Below, one piece after another: positions 38,405-52,791 of a stretch of 64,000 nucleotides of DNA. Source of the stretch: Lingula anatina (taxonomy: Eukaryota > Animalia > Brachiopoda); assembly GCA_051362555.1 (NCBI GenBank), contig CM120641.1, positions 30,262,401 through 30,326,400 on the forward strand, in the 5' to 3' direction. The stretch's first letter is position 1. The number at the start of each line of letters is the position of its first letter. The position numbers were made by a program, and so were the translations under genes. The notes under the pieces were generated by a model, which worked only from the letters and a program-made list of their open reading frames with translations, made no database searches and was not told the origin of the DNA.

Positions 38405-41400
38405 TTAGAAGTTTAGCTGTTTTTTCACATTTCCTCTGATTCAATTCCTAGGCATGTTAACAGTCACATTATTGAACTAATAAGATACGTCAAAGTGTTT
38501 GTTTGGCATTTCCTGCATCTTTACAACATTGTTAGTTGCTTTTGTAAAAATAATAGTAAACTTGTTATCGTGTATTGTGTAATAAAGTGTCAAAAATGGA
38601 AATAAACTCATATCATTGCAGTTTGTCAGATTCAATCATCCACTATGTTCAGAATCTCATAATGGAGGAAATTGGACATATAACACTGTCTTATTGATAT
38701 TTTTCCCCATCTCATCAATTTTCTTAGTTGGTCATATAAAAATGGCAGTAAACTGTTTATTTTGTTTTATGTTAAAAAAGTCTTTAAAATGGAAATAAAC
38801 CCATTTCAGAACAGTGCTGTCTTGTTTCACTTTTTTCAGCATTTATGTAGCACCGATAACACGATAAGTGAAATACCGTTTTACTTTTTGGCTTGAAACT
38901 TACAGAACTAATGAATATTCATAATACGCAGGTCAAGTTTGAAATACAGTATGATCCGGCCAATTTTAGGGAAGTTTTGATTTTTTTTTTTTTTTTTCAA
39001 AATTTCAGCATTTTTGTAACATGGATAACAAGATCAGTGTAAAAATGTTTTTCCTTTTGGATTGAAACTGATGAATATTCATAATACGCATTTCAAGTTC
39101 GAAAATTGGCTTGATTGGACTATATTTACAACAGTTATGCTGTTTTTTCCCTTATTCAGCATATATGCAACACTGATAACACATTTTAAGGAAAACCAAT
39201 CAGCCTTTTGTCTTGCAACTCACAGGAGTGATTAGTCTGACTAGTATACAGATCAAGTTTGAAAATAAGCTTGATCAGTTAAGTTTTGATGAAGTTATTA
39301 GCCTTTTTGTATATAAGTGTTTTTTTTCTTCAGATTTAATTCTTAGGCATGTTAACAGTCTCATTATGGAACTAATTAGATATGTAAAAGTGTTGTTTTG
39401 ACATTTTTCTGCTTCTTAACAATATTGTTAGTTGATTATATAAAAATGACGGTAAACCTGTTATCGTGCTTTGTGTAATAAAGTATCAAAAATGGAAAGG
39501 AACTCATCATTGCAGTTTGTCAGATCCAATCATTCACTATGTTCAGAATCTGTGAATGGAGCAAATTGGACATTTAAAATTGTTCTATTGATATTTTTCC
39601 TATGTCAACAATTTTCCTAGATGATCATTTAAAAATGACAGTAAATTGATTATTTTGTTTTATGTAAAAAGGTGTTGAAAATGGAAAGAAAATCATTTCA
39701 GTAAAGTTATCTCTTGTTTACATTTTGGCATTTTGAATGTGTGACTCTGAACTTCCATGGTCTTGAAGACCTTCCCATATCACATTTTCTGAATATCCAT
39801 GATACTTTTATTTTTTCTTTTTTTATAAAAAAAATTGATGGTCATTAAGCTGTAAAGTATTATGTTATATTGCATGAAAGTTGAAGAAACCCGTATTTTG
39901 GACACTGCTGCCAGGATAGCGATTAAGGGAAAACCTGTTACTTATGATACCCAAATTTACTGAAAAGTTCCTAAGACTGAAGTGCAGCTTGTGTTGGAAA
40001 ACCATTGTGCTTGTTTTCTGTTTTGGAAGCAATGCAGTTCTATAGAGTGAACTATGGTGCAATAAATGTATATGGCAGTATATTAATTCAGGATCATAAA
40101 ATAATTTGCTTAATCAATTTTCAAGTGGCCATTAAATGAGATTACATAAAACACACGTTCATAAAGTAATTTGCTTAATTAATTTTCAAGTGGCCATTTA
40201 ATGAGATTACATAAAACACACAATGAGATTTCATTGTAAAGTCCCCTGGGTATATCTCTCTTAACTGTGTCACATAATTAGGAATCAATGATTATTATGC
40301 AGGTAAATGTTAGTGATGTTAGTAATTACACAGCTAGATTTAAAGTTTGAATAGCAGCTTTATTGGAATTCTTTGTTATGTTTTATTTTACATTTTCTTT
40401 TAATTATTTTTCAAACACTAGCATCTTCAAGATATCACTTTCAACTCCCATCCACCACAAGCACTGTGCATTTTCTGTTTTTCCACATAAGAAGTTGTGT
40501 TGGTTTTTATGTCTTTAAACATTGTGTAATTATATTATTTTATGCACTGTCATCTTTTTTCACATATTGGGATTTTCATTATGTGAATTTGAACTCTCAC
40601 ATATGGTCCTGAAACTGTAATCTTATTGACCATGTTATTCTGTTGTACATTTTGTGAACTTTTATCTTTCACATACTGGAATTTTCATTGTGGGACTTAT
40701 AACTCCCAAGGACATGTAACATTTAACTTTTATTGATACTACCTGTTGTGCAATATTTGCAACTTGACTGTTCTTTTTGGCAAATAATTATTTTTTTTTT
40801 CTAAAAAGTGTTTTTTTTTTTTTTTTTTTGTTATAATCTCTTAAGAAATTATTACAAAGTATAGCCATCTATGGAGGTCACATGGTCTGATGACAAGTTC
40901 AGATATCAGAATAATAGCTATGACTGCCTATTTTGTAGTAAAACAAAATATATTATATTTCTGTGAGTTGTTTACACTGTTTAAACTCAAGTTGGATGAT
41001 TCATATCATGGTTATGCACCTAGACTGAATGGCAGCTTTAGTGGAATATTTTTGTAATTTTTTCTTTAATTTTTAATTTTTCAAACTGTCATTTTTAAGA
41101 TGTTTTCACTTTTCAGCATATAATTATGCAACACTGTAAACACATTTCAAGGAAAACTGATAGGCCTGTTGTCATGAAACTCACTGCGGTAATCGATCTT
41201 ACTAAATTAAGGTCAAGTTCGAAAAGCGGCATGATCGGGCCACTATTTTTGTAGTTATGCTTTTTTTCCCCTTTTCAGCATATATGCAACACTATAAACA
41301 CAATATAAGGAAAACAGATAGGCCAATTGTCATTAAACTCACAGGAGTGGTCAATGCTGCTAAAACACAGGTTGAGTTCGAAAATCAGCATAATCGGGCC

Positions 41401-44400
41401 ATTATTTTAGAAGTTATGTTGTTTTTTCATATTTCCTCAGATTCAATTCTTAGGCATGTTAACAGTCTCATTATTTAACTAATAAGATACGTAAAAGTGT
41501 TATTTTGACATTTCCAGCATCTTTACAACATTGTCAGTTGATTTTGTAAAAATAATGGTAAACTTATTATCGTATATTGTGTAATAAAGTTTCAAAAATG
41601 GAACTAAACTCATGTCATAGCAGTTTGTCAAATTCAATCATTCACTATGTTCAGAATCTCAGAATGGAAGAAATTGGACATTGATATTTTTATTAGTTGA
41701 TCATATAAAAATGGCAGTAAACTGTTTATTTTGTTTTATGCTAAAAAAAACATTTCAGAACAGTGCTGTCTTGTTTACATTTTGGCATTTTCAAGTTGTG
41801 ACTTTGAAGTTCCATGGGCCTGAAGACCTTCCCATATCACATTTTCTGAAAATCCATGGTACATATATTTTATTTTTAAAAATTGACAGTCTTTATGCTG
41901 TTAACCATTATGTAATATTGCATCAGAATAGAAGAAAACACAATTTTGGGTGCTGCTGCCATGATGACCATTATGGGTAAACCATGTTACTTAATATGAT
42001 TGCCAAACTTTCAAAAAAGAAATACAGGACTAAAATGCAGCCTGAGTTGGAAAAGTAGTCTAATTGGCTTCTTTTTCTGGAAGTTATACATTTTCAAAGT
42101 GTGAACTTGAACTCCCATGGGCCTGAAGCCTTATGCTTGTTACACATTTTACTTACATTGGTATTACCTGTTGAGCATAATTAAAATTTGATGTTGAATT
42201 TTTTGCATCTTTTTATTTTCTGTTTTTTGTCTGTACATTTGACAGCTTTGCTGCCTTGTTTTCCTAAATGCTTGTTTTTTTGTTAAAATCTCTTAAGAGA
42301 TTTTAACTGACGGAGCCCTCTCTGACATTGCATAAGTCACGCGATATCGAGCGGGGTTTTCTGATGACCTACTTAAAACCGCGGGAAAAGCAGACAACAA
42401 CAACACTTTATTATAATAAAATAAGATTCATACGATATAATCGTCTTACTGCTCAGAATGCATTTATATCTACAACGTGTGCAGTTCTGGGCTTTTCATT
42501 ATCTGACACACTGTACAAAAACTCGCAACTTAAGTTTGAGGATTGTGTCATGTGCCTGCTATATCTTATCCTGCCACATGTTATTTTGGTCTCTAATGCA
42601 CACGAGAATCTGCGTGATGCGCCAACATCCTTGGCAACGGATGCCTTGACTACCGGGAAGAAAGGCACCAAAAGCCCTATTGACAAGCAGTTTTTAGTTT
42701 TACTACAATAACAGCCGTTTTAGTGGTGAAATGCAATATAATATATTTCCATGTGTTGTTTGGAATGTATTACTTGCGGAATTTTGAATCTCAAAGGAAG
42801 AGTTATTATTGTTTTAACATGGTTTTGATCAGGGCTTTTCCCAGGGTTTGGGGTGCAGGGTCCACTTATTGTAAATCTGAAATTTGATAACAGATTCACA
42901 TGAAGTTTAACCAAGTCTTTAAAAAATACTGTGAGCTGGAGGTGGGGGGTGGGGGGGGGGGGCGCAGTGTTATATTATCTTATTAAAATATTCAAAATTT
43001 TTAATATTTGAATAAATTTCATAAAAAATGGAAGAATATTCATTGTATAATAGTTTACTTATATTAATGTCACAAATTTTTAAGTTTTTAAATTGATATT
43101 GCTTTCTTCAATTTGCTTTTTTTAGGGGTAACGTGTTTGGTTTTTTTAATATACAGTATGAATTAAATAAAATCAGTCATTAAAAAAATTCCCCCTTTTT
43201 ATTTAAATTCTCATATTTTTATTACTTATTTTCTTCCTTACATTAATACCACACTGGTATATGATAGCATTGCTTATTTATCAAATTCCAGCACCAAATT
43301 TTGAACTGTAAATAACACAGGTGGTGCTAGAGTCATAAAACAAATAAAGCAAAATTTTAGGCTATGCAAATAAACAACATTTCAACAAGATCTTCAGTCC
43401 CAAAGTTTGAATTTCCAACTTCATATGGTTGTGAGGAGATAGCGTGTAACACATTTGATTGACAGGCAGTATGCCTTGACAACAAACTAGATACAACCAG
43501 TCCAATCTGGCTGTTGTACCCAGTACTTGTGTAGTTTCTATTTAAGGAATGGTCTTTGTTACTAGAGCACTTAGATTTTTAAGCAAATAAATATTCAGTA
43601 TTCAGCCTGTTATGTGGATAAATTTTGTCTTGTGAAGTTCTGGAAGGTGTTCACTTTCATAATTTGGTGGTAAGTTTGCTTAGACTTCGTTTTGGGACCA
43701 CATGTTTTGTACCAAATGTAGGCCACTCTTTTCAATGCAATCCAGGAAGAGAGTATGCAACAAAAATTTCTTTTTCAAGATTTTTGTTTTTAAGTTCTAA
43801 TAAAACATAACCTGTTCGTCGGACAGCCCACCCTGCAAATTCACTAGTCCGAACTGAATTTTTACTTGTGGAGCCCTGCTTTGGTGTCATCATACACTTT
43901 ATTTGACTGTCTGATACCTTCCTGTTTTCTTTTCTTACATGCTGGGGCATCACATACATTATTAGCACCAAAATACTTACAGAGGGTAGACTGCGACAGG
44001 GGTAATCCTGACTGCGACTTGGGCGCAATCTTGTATAATCCACGTGCGTCGCGACGTCATTCAATTAATTTTTTTATGAGAAAGACATCGTACAATTAAA
44101 ATTACAGATTATAGAAGAAGCAAAACTTAAACTGTGTAATTAGACGAGATTGTGTGAATTTGAATGACCACACATCGTTCGTCACTTGTCTCAGAAACAA
44201 GCATATAAATGCTGCGATTGATACTTTGTATCAGATGTTTCATAACATGGGTCTTTGCGTTAGGCATGCAGGGAACACATTGAATAACCATGTACTTTCG
44301 GTTTTCGTTCATTTTTTGAGTGTGTCGATTTCTTGAAGGGCTAGCCTTATTGTTTTCGTTTTATTTCAGCCAAATCTGCTTAATATGAACGTGCATATTC

Positions 44401-45659
44401 ATATACAATTATTTTAGAGGCCAGAAAATGGCCAGACCGACGGACTGGCAACTTTTGGAAAGAGACCGCCCGGGTGACAATTGAGCCGTCCCGGGCTGCC
44501 GGTCCTTATTTCCTACCCTGCCTTAAGGTTGAAAAAAAAGTGTTGATCACTGTTGATATTAAGCAACGGTTGCCATGGAAATAATGGATGAATTATAGAA
44601 AATAATATCTTGTCAGATTTTTCTTGGCATACTGTAACTTTCCAGAAAATTTCAAATGGATATTTTACTCCATTCAAAAGTTATGCCAATTTTGTTTTAT
44701 TTATTGGGCAATGAGGTGACACTTTTGGCTTCCACTGTTACATATATGCTTGGATACCAGACTTTTTCAAAATTTTGTGGGCGACTAGCATTCTTTTAAA
44801 TTTAATAACTTTTGATTGGCTTGCTTGATTTCCGAAAAATAAAATGTTTTGGAAAGCTCATGAATTTTTCTATCACATAAGATCCTTTTGGCTGATATTT
44901 ATCTTACTATCAAAGTTGACCTGACCTCTCTAGTGGAATGAAACAAGGCAAGATCTAGATCATCAATATGCCCTACCAATAACTGTTAAAGGAATAACAA
45001 CTGGTTGTTTTGGCAATTAAAGAAAGTATATACCTGGGGAAAACAATGATTTTCCAAAAATCCCATACCCATACTAACAAATATTTAATTAATCCATTCC
45101 AAAATTCAAAGCTAGTCCATGTTTTTTTTTCTAAAAAGTTTTTTTCTGGTAATAATCTGTAAAGTGATTCTTACGGAGGCATAAACAGCCACCTGGTTTG
45201 TTGACAAGCATTGTAAAGTCTGCTACTGAAGAAAATGTGGTGCTTCATTAAATATGTTCATATTATTTCAAGGTTGAATAAAATTTTATATATAAATGCC
45301 AAAATAAGATGTTGTAATGATCTACATACTGTATGTTCTTGCAGAGTTTTCGAGAATGGATGAAAGTGAACATGTTGGCTTTAAATGATAGTATGACTTA
45401 GTTGATATGGTTTACATCAATGTTCAAGGCAAATAGGAAAAATGCAGCAAATGCCAACATTGCATAGGCGATGTTCTTATAAAACCATCTAGTTCTGTAA
45501 AAGAATGCTAAAATATGATGTTGTAATGATCTGCACATTGCTTTATGAAATAGTTTTTTTTTTTCATCTGATTTTCTTCTTTTACTTTCAGGGACTCCCG
45601 GCTACTGAATTTCCAGGAAATAGGATATATGCTCCATGAAAGATCTAGGGTTCAGATCC

Positions 45660-48600
45660 AGACTGCCATGATGCTGTCAGACTTGGTTGTCCAGCCATGT
45701 AGCTGGCAGATTGGGTTGTCCTGCTATTCTGATGTCAGTCTCCGTTGTCCTGCCATGTTCTGGCAGTCTCAGTTGTCCTGACATGTTGGCAGTCTCGGTT
45801 GTCCAGTCATGATGCTGGCAGACTTGGTTGTCCTGCCAGAGTTCTCGCAGATTCAACTGTCCTGTCATTCTGATGGCAGGTTCGGCTGTCCTGCCATGAA
45901 ACTGACAGTCTATGTGGTCCTGCCATGTAGCTGGAATACATTGGTTGTCCTACCAGAGTTCTCGCAGATTCGGCTGACCTGTCATTCTGATGGCAGGTTC
46001 GGCTGTCCTGCCATGAAACTGGCAGTCTCAGTTGTCTTGCCATGTAGCTGGCAGACATTGGTTGTCCTGCCAGCGTCCTTGCAGATTCGGCTGCCCTGTC
46101 ATTCTGATGGCAGGTCGGCTGTCCTGCCATGAAACTGGCAGTCTACGTGGTCCTGCCATGTTTTGGCAGTCTCAGTTGTCTTGCCATGTAGCTGGCAGAC
46201 ATTGGTTGTCCTGCCAGCGTTCTTGCAGATTCGGCTGTCCTGTCATTCTGATGGCAGGTCGGCTGTCCTGCCATGAAACTGGCAGTCTACGTGGTCCTGC
46301 CATGTTCTGGCAGTCTCGGCTGACCTGCCATGAAACTGGCAGTCTCAGTTGTCTTGCCATATAGCTGGCAGACATGGTTGTCCTGCCAGCGTTCTCGCAG
46401 ATTCGGCTGTACTGTCATTCTGATGGCAGGTTCGGCTGTCCTGCCATGAAACTGGCAGTCTACGTGGTCCTGCCATGTTCTGGCAGTCTCGGTTGTCCTG
46501 CCATGTTCTGGCAGTCTCAGTTGTCTTGCCATGTAGCTGGCAGACATTGGTTGTCCTGCCAGCGTTCTCGCAGATTCGGCTGTCCTGTCATTCTGATGGC
46601 AGGTTCAGCTGACCTGCCATGAAACTGGCAGTCAAGGTGGTCCTGCCATGTTCTGGCAGTCTCAGTTGTCTTGCCATGTAGCTGGCAGACATTGGTTGTC
46701 CTGCCAGCGTTCTCGCAGATTCCGCTGTCCTGTCATTCTGATGGCAGGTTCGGCTGACCTGCCATGAAACTCGCAGTCTACGTGGTCCTGCCATGTTCTG
46801 GCAGTCTCGGTTGTCCTGCCATGTTCTGGCAGTCTCAGTTGTCTTGCCATGTAGCGGGCAGACATTGGTTGTCCTGCCAGCGTTCTCGCAGATTCGGCTG
46901 TCCTGTCATTCTGATGGTAGGTTCGGCTGTCCTGCCATGAAACTGGCAGTCTACGTGGTCCTGCCATGTTCTGGCAGTCTCGGTTGTCCTGCCATGTTCT
47001 GGCAGTCTCAGTTGTCTTGCCATGTAGCTGGCAGACATTGGTTGTCCTGCCAGCGTTCTCGCAGATTCGGCTGTCCTGTCATTCTGATGGCAGGTTCGGC
47101 TGTCCTGCCATGAAACTGGCAGTCTACGTGGTCCTGCCATGTTCTGGCAGTCTCGGTTGTCCTGCCATGTTCTGGCAGTCTCAGTTGTCTTGCCATGTAG
47201 CTGGCAGACATTGGTTGTCCTGCCAGCGTTCTCGCAGATTCGGCTGTCCTGTCATTCTGATGGCAGGTTCGGCTGACCTGCCATGAAACTGGCAGTCTAC
47301 GTGGTCCTGCCATGTTCTGGCAGTCTCGGTTGTCCTGCCATGTTCTGGCAGTCTCAGTTGTCTTGCCATGTAGCGGGCAGACATTGGTTGTCCTGCCAGC
47401 GTTCTCGCAGATTCGGCTGTCCTGCCATTCTGATGGCAGGTTCGGCTGACCTGCCATGAAACTGGCAGTCAACGTGGTCCTGCCATGTTCTTGCAGTCTC
47501 AGTTGTCTTGCCATGTAGCTGGCAGACATTGGTTGTCCTGCCAGCGTTCTCGCAGATTCCGCTGTCCTGTCATTCTGATGGCAGGTTTGGCTGACCTGCT
47601 ATGAAACTCGCAGTCTACGTGGTCCTGCCATGTTCTGGCAGTCTCGGTTGTCCTGCCATGTTCTGGCAGTCTTAGTTGTCTTGCCATGTAGCTGGCAGAC
47701 ATTGGTTGTCCTGCTAGCGTTCTAGCAGATTCGGCTGTCCTGTCATTCTGAAGGCAGGTTCGGCTGTCCTGCCATGAAACTGGCAGTCTCGGTTGTCCTG
47801 CCATGTTCTGGCAGTCTCAGTTGTCTTGCCGTGTAGCTGGCAGACATTGGTTGTCCTGCCAGCGTTCTCGCAGATTCAGCTGTCCTGTCATTCTGATGGC
47901 AGGTTCGGCTGTCCTGCTATGAAACTGGCAGTCTCGGTCGTCCTGCCATCATTTTGGCAGACTTGGCTGTCCTGCCATTAAGCTGCAGTGTTGGTTGCCT
48001 TTCCATTTTCTGGCAGTTTCAATTGTCTTCCCATGCTTTGATAGACTTGATTGACCTGTGGTAAGGTTGTTTGTTCTGCCATGATACTGGCAGTCTCAGT
48101 TGTCCTGCCATGTTATTGGCAGTTAAGGTCATCCTGCCATGATGCTGGCAGTCCTGGTCGTCCTCCCATGACATTGGAAGTCATGGTAGTCCTGCCATGA
48201 CATTGGCAGTCATTGTCGTCTTGCCATGACACTGGCAGTCCCGGTCGTCCTGCCATGACACTGGCAGTCTCGGTCGTCCTGCCATGACATTGGCAGTCTC
48301 GGTTGTCCTGCCATGACATTGGCAGTCCCGGTTGTCCTGCCATGACACTGGCAGTCTCGGTCGTCCTGCCATGACATTGGCAGTCTCGGTTGTCCTGCCA
48401 TGACATTGGCAGTCCCGGTTGTCCTGCCATGACATTGGCAGTCCCGGTTGTCCTGCCATGACATTGGCAGTCTCGGTTGTCCTGCCATGACATTGGCAGT
48501 CCCGGTCGTCCTGCCATGACATTGGCAGTCCCGGTCGTCCTGCCATGACATTGGCAGTTTCGGTCGTCCTGCCATGACATTGGCAGTCTCGGTGGTCCTG

Positions 48601-48800
48601 CCATGTTCTGGCAGTCTCGGTGGTCCTGCCATGTTCTGGCAGTCTGGGTGGTCCTGCCATGTTCTGGCAGTCTCGGTGGTCCTGCCATGTTCTGGCAGTC
48701 TCGATGGTCCTGCTATGTTCTGGCAGTCTCGGCTGTCCTGCAATGATGATGGCAGTATTTGTGGTTCTCCTATGAAGCCGTTAGTCTCGGCTGCCCTCCC
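45660..48800. repeat. Satellite of 28-30-bp monomers with 117/145/173-bp higher-order repeats
   Basis: Monomer tggcagtctcggttgtcctgccatg(N3-5); HOR = 28+29+30+29+29+28 = 173 bp from 46801; simple 29-mers at ~48200-48580, 28-mers at ~48580-48730; degenerate remnant at ~53225-53360. Confidence 0.95.
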
Positions 48801-49475
48801 TTGATGCTGTGTTAAGTCCAATCCTATTCTCATTATTATACATGTAACCTGTAGAAAATATCATACTTTAACATGGTCTGAACACTGTCATTTTTGCAGC
48901 TGACATACAAGTTTATGTTACATGCAAGAGCAACCAGTCTGCAACAATCACTCCTATGGAGGATTGTCTTGCAGAGTTTTCGAGTAATGGATGAAAGTGA
49001 ACATGTTGGCTTTAAATGATACTAAGGTCGAGTTGATATGGTTTACATCTACCCTCACCCAGGGCCGCAGTTATTATTGTGGACATATTTGCTGAGGCGT
49101 CCCTGTTATGTTTGGCCAGGAGGAAACAATTAATTCTGCACGCAGGCAGAAGGCTTTGTACTTGCTCTGCAGGACCTCAATGAGAGCTGGGCTTTGCGCC
49201 AATATGATTAACACTTGTTATGCAACCTGCCTTGTCTTGTCTGTCTGTTAAAGGGCTGTTTTATTGTCACAGATGAGAAATTCACTATCTTGATTACTGT
49301 CAAGGGGACTTTGCAGGGACTCGCTAAGTGACCATGCCTGAGTAGTTATGCAAACATTTACAAGCCATGTAATCATCCTTGAGATTTCAGTACAGGGTGA
49401 CATCAGACCAAAATGATCGTCTACTTATCTAGAGACGTATCTGTGAATATCTGTGGAAAATCAATCTGTTGACCT

Positions 49476-52400
49476 CAGTGTTCATTCTAGGATGCGCCCT
49501 TGCGTCATTGGCGCAGAAAAAATTAGGTTGACGCAATTCCTAGAGTGAGCTGCGCCAACAAAATTCAAGAGAATTAACAGCAGCGCATTTTTGTGTTCTA
49601 AACGCGCTCTCCAATTCGGCAAATTCACGGCAAATTCACAAGTTTGATTGTTTACTCGACATCTCTTGACATCAAGATCTTATGTTCGACGTAACGAAGA
49701 TATTCTTTGCTCGTCGCAGTTTTTAACAAATATCTTAATTTATGCTGACGTCATGCTTTTTATGCAAATCAGTGGCGATCACCCCTCCTTTCTTGAATCC
49801 CTGATAGGCTGAGATTAATTGTCCATGTAAATCAAATGATCAACACGTACATTGTACATGATGGCGGAGAAGAAGCTAAGTGTTATTTTAAGTTAAGGTC
49901 GATCCCAAAGATCACCCTAAAACGGATCAGAATAGTAGCGACGGAGACAATGATCATACACAGCAGACATTTCCACCGGAGAAGAGAGCTAAAGTAGATG
50001 TATGTGCTGCTGTCATGACTTCTGATACCGTGTCAACTAGCAATGCAACTTGAAGGTCATTCCAAAAAAAGTGGAGAGATACTTACAAGTGGCTTGTATA
50101 AGACAATAACGCAAACTTGATGTATTGCAGCTGATGTGTTGAAAAAAAGAAGGACAATATATTATTTCAAGGGACTAATAACTTTCGAACCAGTATCCTT
50201 ATGCGCCATGAGACATCTAAAGACCACAAGCTTGCCATACAAGAAACGTCGGAATCAGCTCAAGCTAAACAGGCTTTTTGCAGAGCTTTAGAAGGTAAGA
50301 TATTATTTTTTGTCAATATTTATTTGTAACACAGAGCATGAGCCAGCAAAGTGACACTAGTGTACGTTGTTGATTATCGTGACGGTCCCGGACCCACGTG
50401 TTGTAGTTATATTTGTGTAGGTTGAAGAACTCTCGAAAGTGCATTCCGGGATATCGCAATGCTGAACAACTATGTAAACAATGCGTTTGCTGCGTAGCAT
50501 TGACACAGGGCGTTACGCTCATGTTTTTTCCCTGAACATTATTTTTTGTATATATATAGATAAAATTTTCACATTCATTTTTCATAATTTTAGTGTGTCG
50601 AGAGATTTGGTCTCTGTTCATGGTGATTAAGGGAAAAATAAAGTAAGGGATTGTGTGCTGGAGTAATGTTTGCAGGTACCTTCAACACTATTTAACATTT
50701 TATGCAGGTTATAATGTCCAAATTCAAATTTAAAGTAACGTTTATAAAACATTTTTAGGTAAAGATGGAGCAATCATGACAGCAATGAAGTCCGTGTACT
50801 GGCTAGTTCAAGAGGGCATAGCAATTTGAAAGTTTGGAAGCCTAATAGAGTTGCTACAGCACCTGGATTGCCCCAACCTTTCATACTTAGACCAAGGAGA
50901 CAATGCAAAGTATAATTCTGATACAGCAGGGTGGGATATGGTTGTTGCTATTGCTGCCACAGTTGAGGAAGACTTGCTTCAGAAAATGAAGTCTTCACCA
51001 TTTCTAACAATACTAGCAGACGAGAGCACTGATATAACAGTAACAAAAAAGTTGGTTATATGTGTCAGACTTTTAGATGATAACTTTGTTCCTTCTACCC
51101 ACTTTGTAGCCGACATAAATGTCACAGATGGCAAGGGTGCCACAGTTGCAGTAGCTATCAAAGACTATCTTAAATCAAAGGAGATCCCCCTTAGTAAGAT
51201 ATATGGTTTTGGTTCTGATGGTGCAGCGAGCATGACCAGCATGGGAAATGGAGTTGCAGGCAGACTGCTTGCTGAAAATCCTGCGATGGTTCACATACAC
51301 TGTATTGCCCACAGATTGGCTTTATGTACTAGCCAGGCAGCAAATGCTATAGACTATATGAAGGACTATCAATCAACTATTACCAGTATATTTTATTACT
51401 TTAAAGCATCATCTGTCAGGGTAAACAGAATCACAGCTATTTAGGAGCTGCTGGATGAACCTATTTTAAAGTGCAATGAAGTCCATGAGGTTCGATGGTT
51501 GCCCTACTACAAAGCAATAAAAACAATCTACAGGACTTATGGGTCATTAGTGTCCTATATGTCTGAAATGGGGGCAAGTGATGCCAAGGCAAAATGTTTT
51601 GCAAAGAAACTTTCACAATTCAGTTTTGTTTTTGTCACCCATATGCTTTTGTCCATCCTCAGCATTGTCACAGAGCTATGTTTACTCTTCCAAAAGAAAG
51701 ATCTTGACCCAGCCTTGGTGGATGTTAACTTGAAGCATGCATTGAGAGAACTGCAAAAGCACAGGGACCATGCCACAAGTAGTGAAGGGTTGTCTGGTAA
51801 ACCTGGCAGCTACATCGAGGAATTTCTCCTGAAGGTGGGAACAGGTCAACGTAAATTCTTCAGGGACCACCTTCTGACTTGTTGTCCTAATTATGAAAAA
51901 CAATGCAAGGCAATTCAGTGTCAATTTATTGACAATCTCATTAACAACATAAATGCCAGATTTCCCCAGGAACACTTGGATATGGTAACAGCATTTGGGT
52001 ATTTGAGCATGAGACCACTAAGCTTTTTGTCTGAGTCAGAAAGAGAAAATTGGGGTGAAGTCCCTATACAGAAACTTGCTAGCCATTATGGTAACATTAT
52101 TGAACATCATGGGTCCAAATCAGTGCCAATAATAATTGAAAAACAAGGTATGAGTGAATGGTCTAAACTCGAAGAATTGGTTTTCAGAATGGGGTATGCG
52201 AGAGATGCCACCTGCAAACTGTGGAGCATTATCAAAACGCACCATAGTGAAGACTTTCCCAATTTGTTGAAGCTGGCTGCAATCTCCCTCATCCTTCCGA
52301 TACATTCTTTGTAGGTATCAAAAAAGGGACAGATTCTCTTAGTGATTTTTATGTTTGTGATATCATTCAATCTGGTAGCTTTTTATGTGCTATTTCACCT

Positions 52401-52791
52401 TATATAATTAATTAAATTTCATGGTTTTTTTTATAAATTGAAGCCAAAAATGGTTTTAAAATCTTGTTTTAGTAAGATTTTGGTTATTGGTGAAAGAATC
52501 ATCAACATATTTCAGTGTAATCTTATATTTGTAAACAAAATTTCGAGCGTGAAGTCTCTTATTTTAGAAAGTTGGGATAACCTATTGAATGTGAACCTGC
52601 AAGTCAAAATATTATTTTTATGATATAAAGTATTTTTCATCTCTGAATATTAAAACCACAGCAGTAAAACACGTGTTACATATTATTATTTAAAGATTTG
52701 AAAAAGGGCCCACTTCAAAATGTAATGACCCACTTCTTTTTATGGTAGGGGCCCTTTGTCCCATATTGAAACATTCCTAGAATGAATACTG
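49476..52791 (+). mobile_element. hAT DNA transposon (ZNF862-like transposase), 17-bp TIR, apparent 6-bp TSD
   Basis: cagtgttcattctagga / tcctagaatgaatactg; flanks tgacct / tgccct. Confidence 0.9.
49861..52314 (+). pseudogene. Two-exon hAT transposase pseudogene (TTF-type Zn finger, DUF4371-like region, catalytic domain; C-terminus truncated)
   Basis: Exon 1 RSFQKKWRDTYKWL..MYC..C..NNFRTSILMRHETSKDH; phase-1 GT-AG intron 50295-50758; exon 2 LADESTDIT..GFGSDGAASM..HCIAHRLAL..EVRWL..FPNLLKLAAISLILPIH; several in-frame stops; the ERxFS motif is missing. Confidence 0.9.

Larger units (their letters stand above)
19922..42262 (+). mobile_element. HINE-like (Helentron-associated) complex A with reiterated heads, ~120-bp internal repeats and nested inserts
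   Basis: Head ttttatgtacagacacagatgtgtctgtacat plus (gtcgcc)n at ~19923, ~20426 and ~21930; repeats ggcttgaaacttacagaactgatgaatattcataa..caggtcaagttcgaaaatcagcatgat; 3' end gtctgtacat, short palindrome gacagctttgctgcc, ttgtttt at 42229-42262. Confidence 0.75.

Noticed and set aside
43820-44520. Possible hAT end (…taccctg) with a faint Zn-finger transposase remnant
   Set aside because: No partner TIR found and the translation is too degenerate to support a call.
45677-48833. Many overlapping repetitive ORFs; superficially CRISPR-like palindromic repeats
   Set aside because: Open in several frames only because the monomer lacks stops; no unique spacers, no cas genes, and a eukaryotic context.
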